DNA from: Promethearchaeota archaeon
GTDB lineage: Archaea; Asgardarchaeota; Lokiarchaeia; Sigyniarchaeales; SOKP01
Length of the DNA stretch: 64,000 nt
Direction of reading: 5' to 3'
Assembly: GCA_016839555.1 (NCBI GenBank)
Contig: JAEOUA010000006.1
Location: 352,001-416,000, forward strand
A program made the translations under genes and the position numbers. Under the pieces are notes generated by a model. It made no database searches, was not told the origin of the DNA, and worked only from the letters and a program-made list of their open reading frames with translations. Of this stretch, positions 48,737 to 58,181 are shown one piece after another. The stretch's first letter is position 1; every line of letters starts with the position of its first letter.

Positions 48737-50110
48737 TTAAGAATTTATTTGAAAATAGGCTTTTTCTAATCTTTCAACAGCCAAAATAATATCCTTTTTA
48801 GTAGATCCAATAGCTGCATTCATGACGATATATGGGATTGGATAATTTTCAATACAGTTGCCAAAGGTTTTTTGATTTGGGTCATACACTCTTGGACCTG
48901 TAACTCTGAGGTTATAGAGAGCCCCTCCAAGTTCAAACAATTTTTTTTGTGTAAGATTTTGTAAGCTCATTGCTACTGCCACAGGATTAAAAATATCTAA
49001 TACTCTTTCATTAATTTTTTTAGCAAAGTTATATAATAGATCTTCCAATAATTTCCGATTTTTTTGTTGCTTTTTAATAAGCTTGTTATATCCTTCAATA
49101 CCAAGTGATAAAATTGAAATTAAGAAATTCACTACTGGCGATGCGGAAGCTCTTCCTGGATAGGCTCTACTAATTTTTTCGATGGTTTCTTCATGTGGGG
49201 AGGCGATCAAAGCACCACCTACAGGAGTAAGAAAGTTTTTATCTGTTGATTGAATAATAGCATCTACCCTTCCCGCATCGATAGCAGAACGGATCAATCT
49301 CATCCATTCAATACTTTGTACTCCATAGGCATTAACAACAATATGAACAAGATTTTTTCTTTCTGCAAGTTTACTAATTGCCTTTACATCATCAGCTTCC
49401 CTTGGAGGAAAAAAACTCGTAAAAGACACTATGGCGAAACAATTTTCATTTAATCCACTTTCAATATCTTCAATGGGTATTCTGACAGCATCCCCGAAAA
49501 GTTTTCCCTCCACAATTTTTGGGTAAAGCCCAACAAAATCTATAGATTTTAAAATCGAGTTGTGATCTAGCCGTGGAATTAAAACCGTTCTTTTCGTATT
49601 CGAATCATTTTTGTTTCTATTTGGTTTTAAAGCAGTTAAAGCTAACGCTAAGGACATACCGGTAGCAACTGGAGTGATAATCGCGGCTTTAATATTAGGT
49701 AATCCAAAGTTTCTCATAATATCTCTTGCTAAGTAATTCGTGATTTCGTACATGATTGAGCCCCCAGGAGCTTTAGGCTGTGGAGCCGTTAAAAAACCAC
49801 TCCTTCCTACTCCATGGCAGAAACCACCTGAGATTTTTAAATGCAAGGGAGATGCGATCCTTGCCTCTCGTTCGCCAACTTGAGACGCATTCATATCCTT
49901 ATCTGTATCCATCTGAGAGAGCACATTTAATAAAAATTCAATTTGTTCATCGGTCCATGGATTAGTTGGTACATTTTTTTGCTCAAATAAAATTTTGATT
50001 GGTTTTAAATAATTTTTTAATACTAATTGTCCTCTATTAAGTATATTTTCGGGAATTTTCGAATGTTTGAAATATTTCATAATTTTATTTAGATTTACCA
50101 TAAGTATCAC
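48737..50110 (-). CDS. spcS: O-phosphoseryl-tRNA(Sec) selenium transferase (SepSecS)
   Basis: VGEREAR, HGVGRSG....QPKA.G, ATGM, NAYG, QSTDKNF..PVGG (PLP Lys), YPGRAS. Confidence 0.95.
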   Translation of the reverse strand: MILMVNLNKIMKYFKHSKIPENILNRGQLVLKNYLKPIKILFEQKNVPTNPWTDEQIEFLLNVLSQMDTDKDMNASQVGEREARIASPLHLKISGGFCHGVGRSGFLTAPQPKAPGGSIMYEITNYLARDIMRNFGLPNIKAAIITPVATGMSLALALTALKPNRNKNDSNTKRTVLIPRLDHNSILKSIDFVGLYPKIVEGKLFGDAVRIPIEDIESGLNENCFAIVSFTSFFPPREADDVKAISKLAERKNLVHIVVNAYGVQSIEWMRLIRSAIDAGRVDAIIQSTDKNFLTPVGGALIASPHEETIEKISRAYPGRASASPVVNFLISILSLGIEGYNKLIKKQQKNRKLLEDLLYNFAKKINERVLDIFNPVAVAMSLQNLTQKKLFELGGALYNLRVTGPRVYDPNQKTFGNCIENYPIPYIVMNAAIGSTKKDIILAVERLEKAYFQINS

Positions 50111-50239
50111 TCACTTTTGAGCTTTAATTAATTATTCAAATAATAATTGCTATTACCTAAATTAAATTTTATTCTCAAATATTTTTATTGAAGATCTTAT
50201 CAACCCAAAATATCGAGTTAAAGAAGAAGAAAAATATTT

Positions 50240-50362
50240 TGGCGGCCCTCGAGGGGAATCGAACCCCTACCCCTTCGCAGGGTAACTGGATTTGAAGTCC
50301 AGCGTCAGAGACCACTTATCTTTCGCAAGCGAAGCGCTTCCAAAATCCGACCGTCAAGGGCC
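50240..50362 (-). tRNA. selC: tRNA-Sec(UCA), 9/4 fold, encoded CCA, ~30-nt D-arm insertion (probable intron 50316..50345)
   Basis: 9-bp acceptor GGCCCTTGA/TCGAGGGCC, G73-CCA, 6-bp anticodon stem with CT-TCA-AA loop, long variable arm, 4-bp T stem; immediately upstream of SepSecS. Confidence 0.92.
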
Positions 50363-50573
50363 ATTTTATTTACAAATGAGAAAAATAGAAAACAATCTCT
50401 ATGTGAGAGATATTAATTATTTTTATTGAAATTTCTGCTTTTAAATTATTATAAAGATTCAAAAATTTCTATTATTTAGTTTTTTAAAAAAAATATAAAG
50501 AATATAATTATAAGTGTTTAAAACAATAATACAAAATGTAAAATGTAATTTAAAAAAAGGTGATTAAAAAAAT

Positions 50574-52370
50574 ATGGTAAAAGTGAATGGGGCACAATTG
50601 ATTGTACGCGCCTTAAATAATCAAGGGGTTGAAGTGATCTGGACTTTATGCGGAGATAATGATATGATATATAATTATTGTCATGATAAAGAATGTACGG
50701 AAACAGGTATCGATTTAATCGATTTTCGCCATGAGCAAGCAACCGGTCATGCTGCAATGGGCTATTATCTAGCTACAGGAAAGGTTGGTGTCTGTTCTGT
50801 TCAGTCAGGTCCCGGGATTACAGATCTATTTCCCTCCATTCCAATTGCTTGGGATGCAAGTATCCCTGTAGTTGCGTTATGTACAGCTACTCCATTAATG
50901 GAGTTTGAAAAGCTTGCCTCCAATGAAATAGATGTAGTGCCTGCTTTTCGCCCTGTGACAAAATGGGCGGGATATTGTTATGAAACCGCACGATTACCTG
51001 AATACATCAATATGGCTTTTCGAATTGCATCTACGGGTCGTCCTGGACCAGTACTCTTATTAGTCCCGGTTGATGTTTTGGTTAAAGAATGTGATGATGA
51101 GCTTGAGATTGTCAAACAAGCTTTTAAGCCAGTAGAAACACTTCGAGCTTTTGAAGGGCCTTATGGAAACGAAAAACAAGTTAAAAAAGCACTTGATTTA
51201 TTATTGGAGGCTAAACGTCCACTAATATTCGCAGGTACGGGAGTTAATTTTTCGGGAGCTGCTGAAGAACTTCTAAAGTTTGCTGAAATGACACAGATCC
51301 CCGTAGGAATGTGGGGTTTTGGTCTTGGATGTTTTCCTCCGGATCATCCTTTGTATTTCGGTTTAGCAAGTCCATTAGATGGTCCTGGGACAACATTACT
51401 TAGTACAGTGGACGTCGTTTTAATATTAGGATCAAGAATTACTGGAATGATGAATTTTGGTTATATGCCGTGTTTTAATGATGATGCTAAACTTATCCAG
51501 GTTGATATTAAAGCAGAAGAGATAGGTAGAAATCGTGCTATTAATGTACCTATAGTAGGCGATATTAAAGGTGTTCTTACTCAATTAAATAGATTTGCCG
51601 CAGAAAAATTAGAAAATTTCTCGATAAACCATAATTCTTGGATTAAAGAAGTGCAAGAACAACTTAATAAATTTTATGAACGTGTGGAGAAAGAAGGGTC
51701 CTCTGATAAGATACCAATTCAGCCTCAACGCTTAGTAAAGGAGATCGGTGAGTTTATGCCTGAGGATAGTTATATTATTTTAGATGGTGGGGATACTACA
51801 GTGTGGGGATTGACTGCTTTAAAATCGTTTTTCCCGAAGTCTATTTACTTTTCAGGTGCCCTAGGAATTCAACATCTGGGGGGGGGAGTACCTTGTGCGA
51901 TTGCTACAAAATATGCTCATCCTAACAAGAAAATACTTGTTCTTACGGGTGATGGTTCGTTTTTATTAAATGGAAAAGAGCTAGATACCGCTAGAAGACA
52001 TGATTTACCTTTTGTTGTGGTGATTAATAATGACCGCTTATGGGGAATGGTTGCTAGAGGGCAAAAAATTGCGCACGGAAGAAAAGCTTTCGGATTGGCA
52101 TCAAGTCTTAGTGATGAAACTAGATATGATAAATATGCTGAAGCCTTTAATTGTTATGGGGAATTAGTCACTGATCCAAATGAAATTAAGGCAGCATTAC
52201 AGAGAGCTTTCAATTCTGGCGTCCCTGCTGTAATAGATGTACGGGTCAATCCAAAAGTGAATACTGTAATGGATTATTTAGCAAAAGAAACTTACAACCC
52301 AGCAACATGGAAGCGAGAGGTGAAAGAAAAAGAAGAAGCAGAGGAAATAATTTTAGAAGTTAAAGATTAA
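50574..52370 (+). CDS. TPP-dependent enzyme, acetolactate synthase-like / 2-hydroxyacyl-CoA lyase family
   Basis: FRHEQ, SGPG, GRPGPV, GDGS...NN TPP motif. Confidence 0.85.
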   Translation: MVKVNGAQLIVRALNNQGVEVIWTLCGDNDMIYNYCHDKECTETGIDLIDFRHEQATGHAAMGYYLATGKVGVCSVQSGPGITDLFPSIPIAWDASIPVVALCTATPLMEFEKLASNEIDVVPAFRPVTKWAGYCYETARLPEYINMAFRIASTGRPGPVLLLVPVDVLVKECDDELEIVKQAFKPVETLRAFEGPYGNEKQVKKALDLLLEAKRPLIFAGTGVNFSGAAEELLKFAEMTQIPVGMWGFGLGCFPPDHPLYFGLASPLDGPGTTLLSTVDVVLILGSRITGMMNFGYMPCFNDDAKLIQVDIKAEEIGRNRAINVPIVGDIKGVLTQLNRFAAEKLENFSINHNSWIKEVQEQLNKFYERVEKEGSSDKIPIQPQRLVKEIGEFMPEDSYIILDGGDTTVWGLTALKSFFPKSIYFSGALGIQHLGGGVPCAIATKYAHPNKKILVLTGDGSFLLNGKELDTARRHDLPFVVVINNDRLWGMVARGQKIAHGRKAFGLASSLSDETRYDKYAEAFNCYGELVTDPNEIKAALQRAFNSGVPAVIDVRVNPKVNTVMDYLAKETYNPATWKREVKEKEEAEEIILEVKD

Positions 52371-52548
52371 GTAGATTTTAACCAATACTCAAATTATTTT
52401 TTCATAATTATTTTATTTTTTTTTAATCATTTTTTACTTGATTAAAATTTCTAAATTTAAGAATACATCAATTTTAATACATCAAAAGTGAATTATTTTG
52501 CCAGAGATTTATAAATCCTAATCGCTCCAAATTACAATATAAAAGAAA

Positions 52549-53253
52549 TTATGGGTATGACGAGTTGATCTTACTTTCATTCTTTTTATTTAAGTCATCG
52601 CAGTCTAATCTTCGATATCCTGGTTTCATTAATTGCAGATCATAAATTCTTTGTAAAAATGACACGATTATATGGGAAGTAGCTCCGAATATGGTGTATT
52701 TTTTATCATTTGAGGGACGATAGACATATTTTCCAACTGCAATCTTATTTTCACCCAAATGATATTGTCTTTCTTTATAGTTTCTTTTATTGGCGAAAAA
52801 AGTAATGGGTATTTTGACAATTTCCCTGACTTCACTCTCTTGTTTTATCATTGGTTGGTCATAATTAATATATGCTATAATTGGGGTTATGATAAAGAAT
52901 TTAGGAGTAATATGGTCATTAAGGGCACCCAATATTTTTATTTTTTCTCTGGGAATTCCTAATTCCTCTTCTGTTTCTCTTAAGGCAGTATCTAAATAAT
53001 CATTATCTTTTTCTTTTTCAAATTTTCCTCCCGGAAAGGACATTTCACCGGAATGTTTGTCTTCTTTTCTATGGGTTCTTTTTATTAATACTAAATAGTA
53101 GGGTTTAGTTTTATTTTTATGTGGAAGAATAAGAAATGAGACCGCCCCATGTGTAAAAGCTTTATCTTGAAAACATAATCGGGAGGATGAATTTAGTTTT
53201 AATGCCTTCTTTAAAATTAAATCTCTATTAAAACAAAAATCTTTTAAGTCCAT
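52549..53253 (-). CDS. CoA pyrophosphatase (NudL/NUDT7-like NUDIX)
   Basis: HSGEMSFPGG...TALRETEEELG, EV, IFGATS. Confidence 0.88.
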   Translation of the reverse strand: MDLKDFCFNRDLILKKALKLNSSSRLCFQDKAFTHGAVSFLILPHKNKTKPYYLVLIKRTHRKEDKHSGEMSFPGGKFEKEKDNDYLDTALRETEEELGIPREKIKILGALNDHITPKFFIITPIIAYINYDQPMIKQESEVREIVKIPITFFANKRNYKERQYHLGENKIAVGKYVYRPSNDKKYTIFGATSHIIVSFLQRIYDLQLMKPGYRRLDCDDLNKKNESKINSSYP

Positions 53254-53966
53254 TAGTCTAAGTTTTGTGTGATTTTATTTTTATGTTTTAGATATTCTTT
53301 AAGTGAAAGTATTTTGTTAAGGGTGAACCGTTTAAGCCCTGATTTGGATAATTGATATCCATATACTCTTTCGATAAACGTGGCAATCATAAACGCGGTT
53401 GCTCCCCATATAAGATAATTTTTATTTGTTTCTTTATCAGAATAATTAAAATAAAAGATGGGAAATCGTTTTTCTTCTATTAGGAATGCTTGCTCCTTAA
53501 AGTTTTTTGTATTGGTGAAAAATTCAATTGGAATTTTAACAATTTCTTTTACTTCTTTATCATCTTTAACTAATTTATTATTTGAATCAATTTTTCCCAC
53601 TATAGGTGTTATTATGTATTTAGTCATTGTTGGAAAATCATTCAAGCACCCAAGAATTTCAATCTTTTCTCTTGAAACTCCTATTTCTTCCTCAGCTTCT
53701 CTTAAGGCGGTGTCTATTAAAGTGATATCTTTGCTAGGCTCAAATTTTCCTCCTGGAAAGGACATTTCACCTCTATGATTTCTGCCTTTATTTGTTCGCT
53801 GAATTAAAATCAAATCATATGATTTATTTTCGTAGGGGATAATCGAAAAAAGCACAGCTGAAGTTACAAAAAAGTTATCATTTAATCTAATTCTTAGAGG
53901 ATCATCAAAAGCATATAATTTAGCTCGAATTAGATCCTCATTATATATAAAATTCATAAAAGGCAA
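53253..53966 (-). CDS. CoA pyrophosphatase (NudL/NUDT7-like NUDIX), tandem paralog
   Basis: HRGEMSFPGG...TALREAEEEIG, IWGATA. Confidence 0.88.
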   Translation of the reverse strand: MPFMNFIYNEDLIRAKLYAFDDPLRIRLNDNFFVTSAVLFSIIPYENKSYDLILIQRTNKGRNHRGEMSFPGGKFEPSKDITLIDTALREAEEEIGVSREKIEILGCLNDFPTMTKYIITPIVGKIDSNNKLVKDDKEVKEIVKIPIEFFTNTKNFKEQAFLIEEKRFPIFYFNYSDKETNKNYLIWGATAFMIATFIERVYGYQLSKSGLKRFTLNKILSLKEYLKHKNKITQNLD

Positions 53967-54053
53967 ATTTGCAAAAAATTTTAAGATTATCCTTAATTAT
54001 TAATAATCAAAATATTTAATTTTTTAAATTTTTTAGCAGATGATGAATGAAGC

Positions 54054-54350
54054 ATGAAATTACCGAAGGAGATTCAAGAGAAGCAATATCTTAAGACGGC
54101 GGGAGGTATGAAAAGAACTTGTTCGGTAAAAGGATGTAATAATGAAGCCGTTAGAAGTCTTTCAGAAGAAACATGGGAAGGATATTTAAGATTGGCGGAT
54201 TTAGATTATGTTGAGAATCGCAATAAAAAGATTTTTTTATGTAAAAAGCATTATAATGAAGCTAAAAAAGTAAAGAAAGAAGAAGATAAATATAATTTGA
54301 AAAAGGGTTTTCTCCAAGATTCTCGGTATTCAGGGAGGGAGCCTCTTTAA
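54054..54350 (+). CDS. Small conserved zinc-finger protein
   Basis: CSVKGC...AVRS...LCKKHY (C3H ligands). Confidence 0.75.
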   Translation: MKLPKEIQEKQYLKTAGGMKRTCSVKGCNNEAVRSLSEETWEGYLRLADLDYVENRNKKIFLCKKHYNEAKKVKKEEDKYNLKKGFLQDSRYSGREPL

Positions 54351-54351
54351 G

Positions 54352-54519
54352 TCAGAAGTTTATTGAACTAACTATATCTTCAAAAGGGATAAAGGATGTT
54401 TCTGCTATCATTTGAGCATAAAATCCATTTATCAAATTATATTGAGCTAATATTAGCCCATACGTGAAAAATATAAGCGCAAGAAGTAATATAATGATAC
54501 TTATAATTTTTTTTCTCAT
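54352..54519 (-). CDS. Small single-TM protein (55 aa, below the ORF-track cutoff)
   Basis: MRKKIISIIILLLALIFFTYGLILAQYNLINGFYAQMIAETSFIPFEDIVSSINF fills the intergenic gap exactly. Confidence 0.55.
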   Translation of the reverse strand: MRKKIISIIILLLALIFFTYGLILAQYNLINGFYAQMIAETSFIPFEDIVSSINF

Positions 54520-54608
54520 ATCTGATTGTGAAATAATTTATAAAAATAGATAAATATTTGGAAATAAATGACCCAATCATTAAAAATTTAGAAAGAAGAA
54601 ATTAAAAA

Positions 54609-55490
54609 TTAGCCTTCAATTAATTTCTCTACCGTTTTTATCTTTGCTTCTACTTTTTTGAGTTTATATTGTAATTCATTATCGGTGTCTTTATAGTCTT
54701 CTTCATCAATTTCTTTTGAAGAGTATCTTCCTTTATTGAGCCTGATTTCTCCAATTAAATCATTTTTCTCTAAAATTAAGTCTTGAAGCCATAATCCTAG
54801 CCCACCTTTTAATTCTTCACGCTCTTCTTCTAAGTCTTGCTTTTCGCCTTTATATCTGTCTTTTAATTTATTAAATATATTTTCGTCCACTTTTTTTAAT
54901 CGATATTCTCTGGTGAGATTTTTAAGCTGATAAATTTTAGCATCAATTTTATTACTTAAATCTTGTATTATGAATACATCATCCATTTTTTTCGTTAATT
55001 CATTTTCTCTTTCTTTTAATTCTTTTATGAGGGTTTTAACAGCTTTTAGTTTGATATTGACATTCTGTTTATAGTCAAAATCGGTCTCATATCTATCATC
55101 CTTCATCATATTTGAGACTTCATCTAATTTTTCAAGCAATTTTTCTTTCTCAAATTGTAGGTCGGAATATTCAGCATACAATTCGACTTGATATTTTACC
55201 TCTTCTGGCAGTGGTTTAATCTCCTTTTCCTTTTCTTTTTCCTTTTTCTTCTTTTCTTCTTCCTTTTCTGCTTCTTCTTTCTCTTCCTCTTTTATTTTCT
55301 TATCTTTCTTTTTTGTGATTGTTTTACTTATAATTTTTGCCTCTTTAATATCATCTTGAACCTTGCTTTCTGCTTCTTTATTTGCTTTTGTTGGCAAGTC
55401 TGAAAGTAAAGGCTTGCCACAAATTATGCAGTATTTATCCTTTGGGCGAATAGGATTGCCACAATAAGGGCAAAACTGCCTCTCTGACAT
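54609..55490 (-). CDS. Zinc-ribbon plus CdvA-like coiled-coil protein
   Basis: CPYC..CIIC, KE-rich linker, coiled coil with L..EY..K.VDE..F..L and RY..KEIDEEDY motifs. Confidence 0.6.
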   Translation of the reverse strand: MSERQFCPYCGNPIRPKDKYCIICGKPLLSDLPTKANKEAESKVQDDIKEAKIISKTITKKKDKKIKEEEKEEAEKEEEKKKKEKEKEKEIKPLPEEVKYQVELYAEYSDLQFEKEKLLEKLDEVSNMMKDDRYETDFDYKQNVNIKLKAVKTLIKELKERENELTKKMDDVFIIQDLSNKIDAKIYQLKNLTREYRLKKVDENIFNKLKDRYKGEKQDLEEEREELKGGLGLWLQDLILEKNDLIGEIRLNKGRYSSKEIDEEDYKDTDNELQYKLKKVEAKIKTVEKLIEG

Positions 55491-55762
55491 CGTAAGATTA
55501 CCTTTAATTATTTTTTTGTTTTATTGATTGTATTATTAAAAGAATTAAAATTATTATAAATAAATCTGATGGAGTTCAATATTTAATATTTAAATGAATA
55601 ATTAAAGAAATTGACTTTGATTAATAATCTATTTAATTTAGTTTTATAGCATTTTCAGATTATGATATATGATAATAATAAAGATTAGAGAGATAGAGTT
55701 AATAAGATTATTTTGGATTAAAAGACTTTAGAAATGTAGAATTAGGTAAATTTTATATAAAG

Positions 55763-57181
55763 ATGAATATAGAAGATAAAATTCCTATTAATATGGGCCT
55801 GCTTGGGCATATTGATTCTGGAAAGACTGAAATCGCAAAATGTTTGTCAGAAATAATTTCTACTGCAGGGATCGATGCCCATCCGCAAAGTAAGGAAAGA
55901 GGGATCACAATAGATTTGGGATTTACCAGCTTCATGTTAAATAATTATTTAGTAACCTTAGTTGATGCTCCAGGACACGCAGACTTGATAAAAATTAGCG
56001 CCTCTTCATTAGAAATCATAGATTTAGCCTTAATGGTCATTGATATTAATAAAGGGCCACAAATCCAAACTGGAGAACATTTAATTATGATTGACTCGTT
56101 AGGTATTACAGATATTGTGGTTCTTTTAAATAAAACCGATTTATTTGAGGGGAATATCAAAGATCAAATCAAAAAGACAAGAAAATTTTTCGCAACAACA
56201 TCATTTGGCTCAAATGTTCCAATCTATCCAGTATCCGCAAAAGAAGGAACGGGTTTTGAAGAATTAAAAAAAGGGTTACTTGAAATTATAAAGGATTTAA
56301 CTATCAAGAGGGATTATAAAGGAGATATAATAATTCCCATAGATCATCATTTTATAATTAAAGGGAGAGGCGCGGTGATAACGGGGACTTTAGTGTCTGG
56401 AAAGTTATCAATAAACCAGCAATTAACAATCCTTCCTATTAACTCTACTACTCGGGTTAAAAATATCCAAATATTTCATCAAAATGTTGAGTCCGCACGT
56501 GCGGGACATAGAGTGGGCATAAATTTAAAAAATATTGAGATCAAAAATATATTTCGCGGATGCTATGCGACTGATAATGTTAATGCTTTTGATATAAGTA
56601 GAATATTCGAAATTGTGGGTGAGAAAACTGATCTTTTTAAGCATGAAACGAAGTTTGGCACCCAATTGCATGTTACAATTGGAATGGACACCACTATTGG
56701 AAAAATATACCCCTTTAAAGAATTAGATGGAAAAAAACTTAAATCCTCAATTAAAGCTCATGAGAATGGATTTAAAGCCATTTTAATTTTAAATGAAAGA
56801 ACTTTGATTAGAAAAGGGCGAAATATTATGCTCTTAAGCAGATTAGATTTGCCCCCTAACACATTACGTATATTAGGATCCGCGAAACTCACAAGGACTT
56901 ATGATGCACCTCCATTATTCTATAAATATAAAATTAAAAAGGGTAAAATTGATAATCTCGATCATCCTCAAGGAATTATCTGTACAGGGTTGGCTCAGAG
57001 TATTGAAGGAGCAAGAAAAATAGTTGGCAGAGAATTAGAATCCCCCTTTTCTCAAGTTATTGATACATTTGGAACTAAAGGAGCAGTTATTATAGGAATT
57101 GAGGATAAAACTCTCAATATACAAAGAAATGAGCAAGTAGTTCTCAAAGAACTCAGGAGTTTTCGATTAAAATTCCATTAA
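55763..57181 (+). CDS. selB: Selenocysteine-specific elongation factor SelB/eEFSec
   Basis: GHIDSGKT, STAGID.HPQSKERGITIDLGF, DAPGH, QTGEH, DHHF.IKG.G.V.TGT. Confidence 0.93.
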   Translation: MNIEDKIPINMGLLGHIDSGKTEIAKCLSEIISTAGIDAHPQSKERGITIDLGFTSFMLNNYLVTLVDAPGHADLIKISASSLEIIDLALMVIDINKGPQIQTGEHLIMIDSLGITDIVVLLNKTDLFEGNIKDQIKKTRKFFATTSFGSNVPIYPVSAKEGTGFEELKKGLLEIIKDLTIKRDYKGDIIIPIDHHFIIKGRGAVITGTLVSGKLSINQQLTILPINSTTRVKNIQIFHQNVESARAGHRVGINLKNIEIKNIFRGCYATDNVNAFDISRIFEIVGEKTDLFKHETKFGTQLHVTIGMDTTIGKIYPFKELDGKKLKSSIKAHENGFKAILILNERTLIRKGRNIMLLSRLDLPPNTLRILGSAKLTRTYDAPPLFYKYKIKKGKIDNLDHPQGIICTGLAQSIEGARKIVGRELESPFSQVIDTFGTKGAVIIGIEDKTLNIQRNEQVVLKELRSFRLKFH

Positions 57182-57244
57182 ATAATATTTAAATTTTTAT
57201 TAAGATATTATATTAATAAGTAAGTTTAATATGGTAAGCTGAAT

Positions 57245-57670
57245 ATGGCAAGTTCACATTTTTCAGAACTAAATAATATAGATAAAGAAGTCCTTTCCGA
57301 ATTAATGCGGAATTTAGAGTGGTTAGAAAGTTCCACTGATTTAGAGGGTACTGCTATTATCTCAAAGACAGGCTTGCGAATTGCTAGTTCTGAAACGGCT
57401 GATCTAACAGCAGACATCTATAGTGCCAGTCCCGCTACATTAATTTCATTGGGGGAGAAAATAAGTAGTGGATTAGAACAAGGTGAGCTGCGAGATATTG
57501 TTATTCGAGGAGAGGATGGCTATACTATTATAGTAGTTGGCTCGAAAGAGAATAATTTCATGCTCTTTACAAATTGTAAAAAAGCCTATAAGCTTGGGTA
57601 CTATTTCCATAAGATTCGTAAAGCTTTCAAATCTATGGAATCGCTGCTTAACAAAATAGAAGCTGAATAA
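57245..57670 (+). CDS. Roadblock/LC7 domain protein
   Basis: G.AIIS..GL.IAS, A.L.SLGE, L..G.L..I.I.G..G, LG pattern. Confidence 0.88.
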   Translation: MASSHFSELNNIDKEVLSELMRNLEWLESSTDLEGTAIISKTGLRIASSETADLTADIYSASPATLISLGEKISSGLEQGELRDIVIRGEDGYTIIVVGSKENNFMLFTNCKKAYKLGYYFHKIRKAFKSMESLLNKIEAE

Positions 57671-57713
57671 TCTAATTTTATTTTAAATAAGAAATTAAGT
57701 TGTTATTTTTAAT

Positions 57714-58157
57714 TTAGACATGTTTCCAAATAATAAAATCATTATTTTTTAAATTGTAAAAATTACACGCAAAACTCGGCGAAAAACCATTTACTTTATA
57801 AATCCATCCTTCTCCAATGCCATTAATACCTTTTACATAAATTTGCGGTCCATAAAATGCTATATCTACAACACAACGACTAATTAAAGCATGATACACA
57901 GTAGTTAGGCCATTTGTAAGAGTAATATTTTGATGGATTTCATTTGTTTTTAATCCCGAATAATCAATAATTAAGGTAATATTATACACTTCAGGAACTC
58001 TGACACCATAAAAATATGGAATGGAATTAGTACTTGAATCCTCAGATTTAGGAGGATCGAGATAGGGAAGAATGTAATAATTAAAATAAATTAAGGAGCC
58101 AAAACTAACGATTCCTATTATTGCAATAACTATATATTTAATGTATTTTTTTTCCAT
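57714..58157 (-). CDS. Membrane-anchored DUF4430 (transcobalamin beta-domain-like) protein
   Basis: N-terminal TM helix; TVY..L, YV.GING, W.Y.VNG..P...C..Y.LK.ND.I.W. Confidence 0.75.
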   Translation of the reverse strand: MEKKYIKYIVIAIIGIVSFGSLIYFNYYILPYLDPPKSEDSSTNSIPYFYGVRVPEVYNITLIIDYSGLKTNEIHQNITLTNGLTTVYHALISRCVVDIAFYGPQIYVKGINGIGEGWIYKVNGFSPSFACNFYNLKNNDFIIWKHV

Positions 58158-58181
58158 TGTTTAAAAATAAAATAAAGTGGA

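Noticed and set aside
54040-54100. ATGATGA as box C of a C/D sRNA
   Set aside because: No box D (CTGA) at a suitable distance; the sequence runs straight into the start of CDS 54054.
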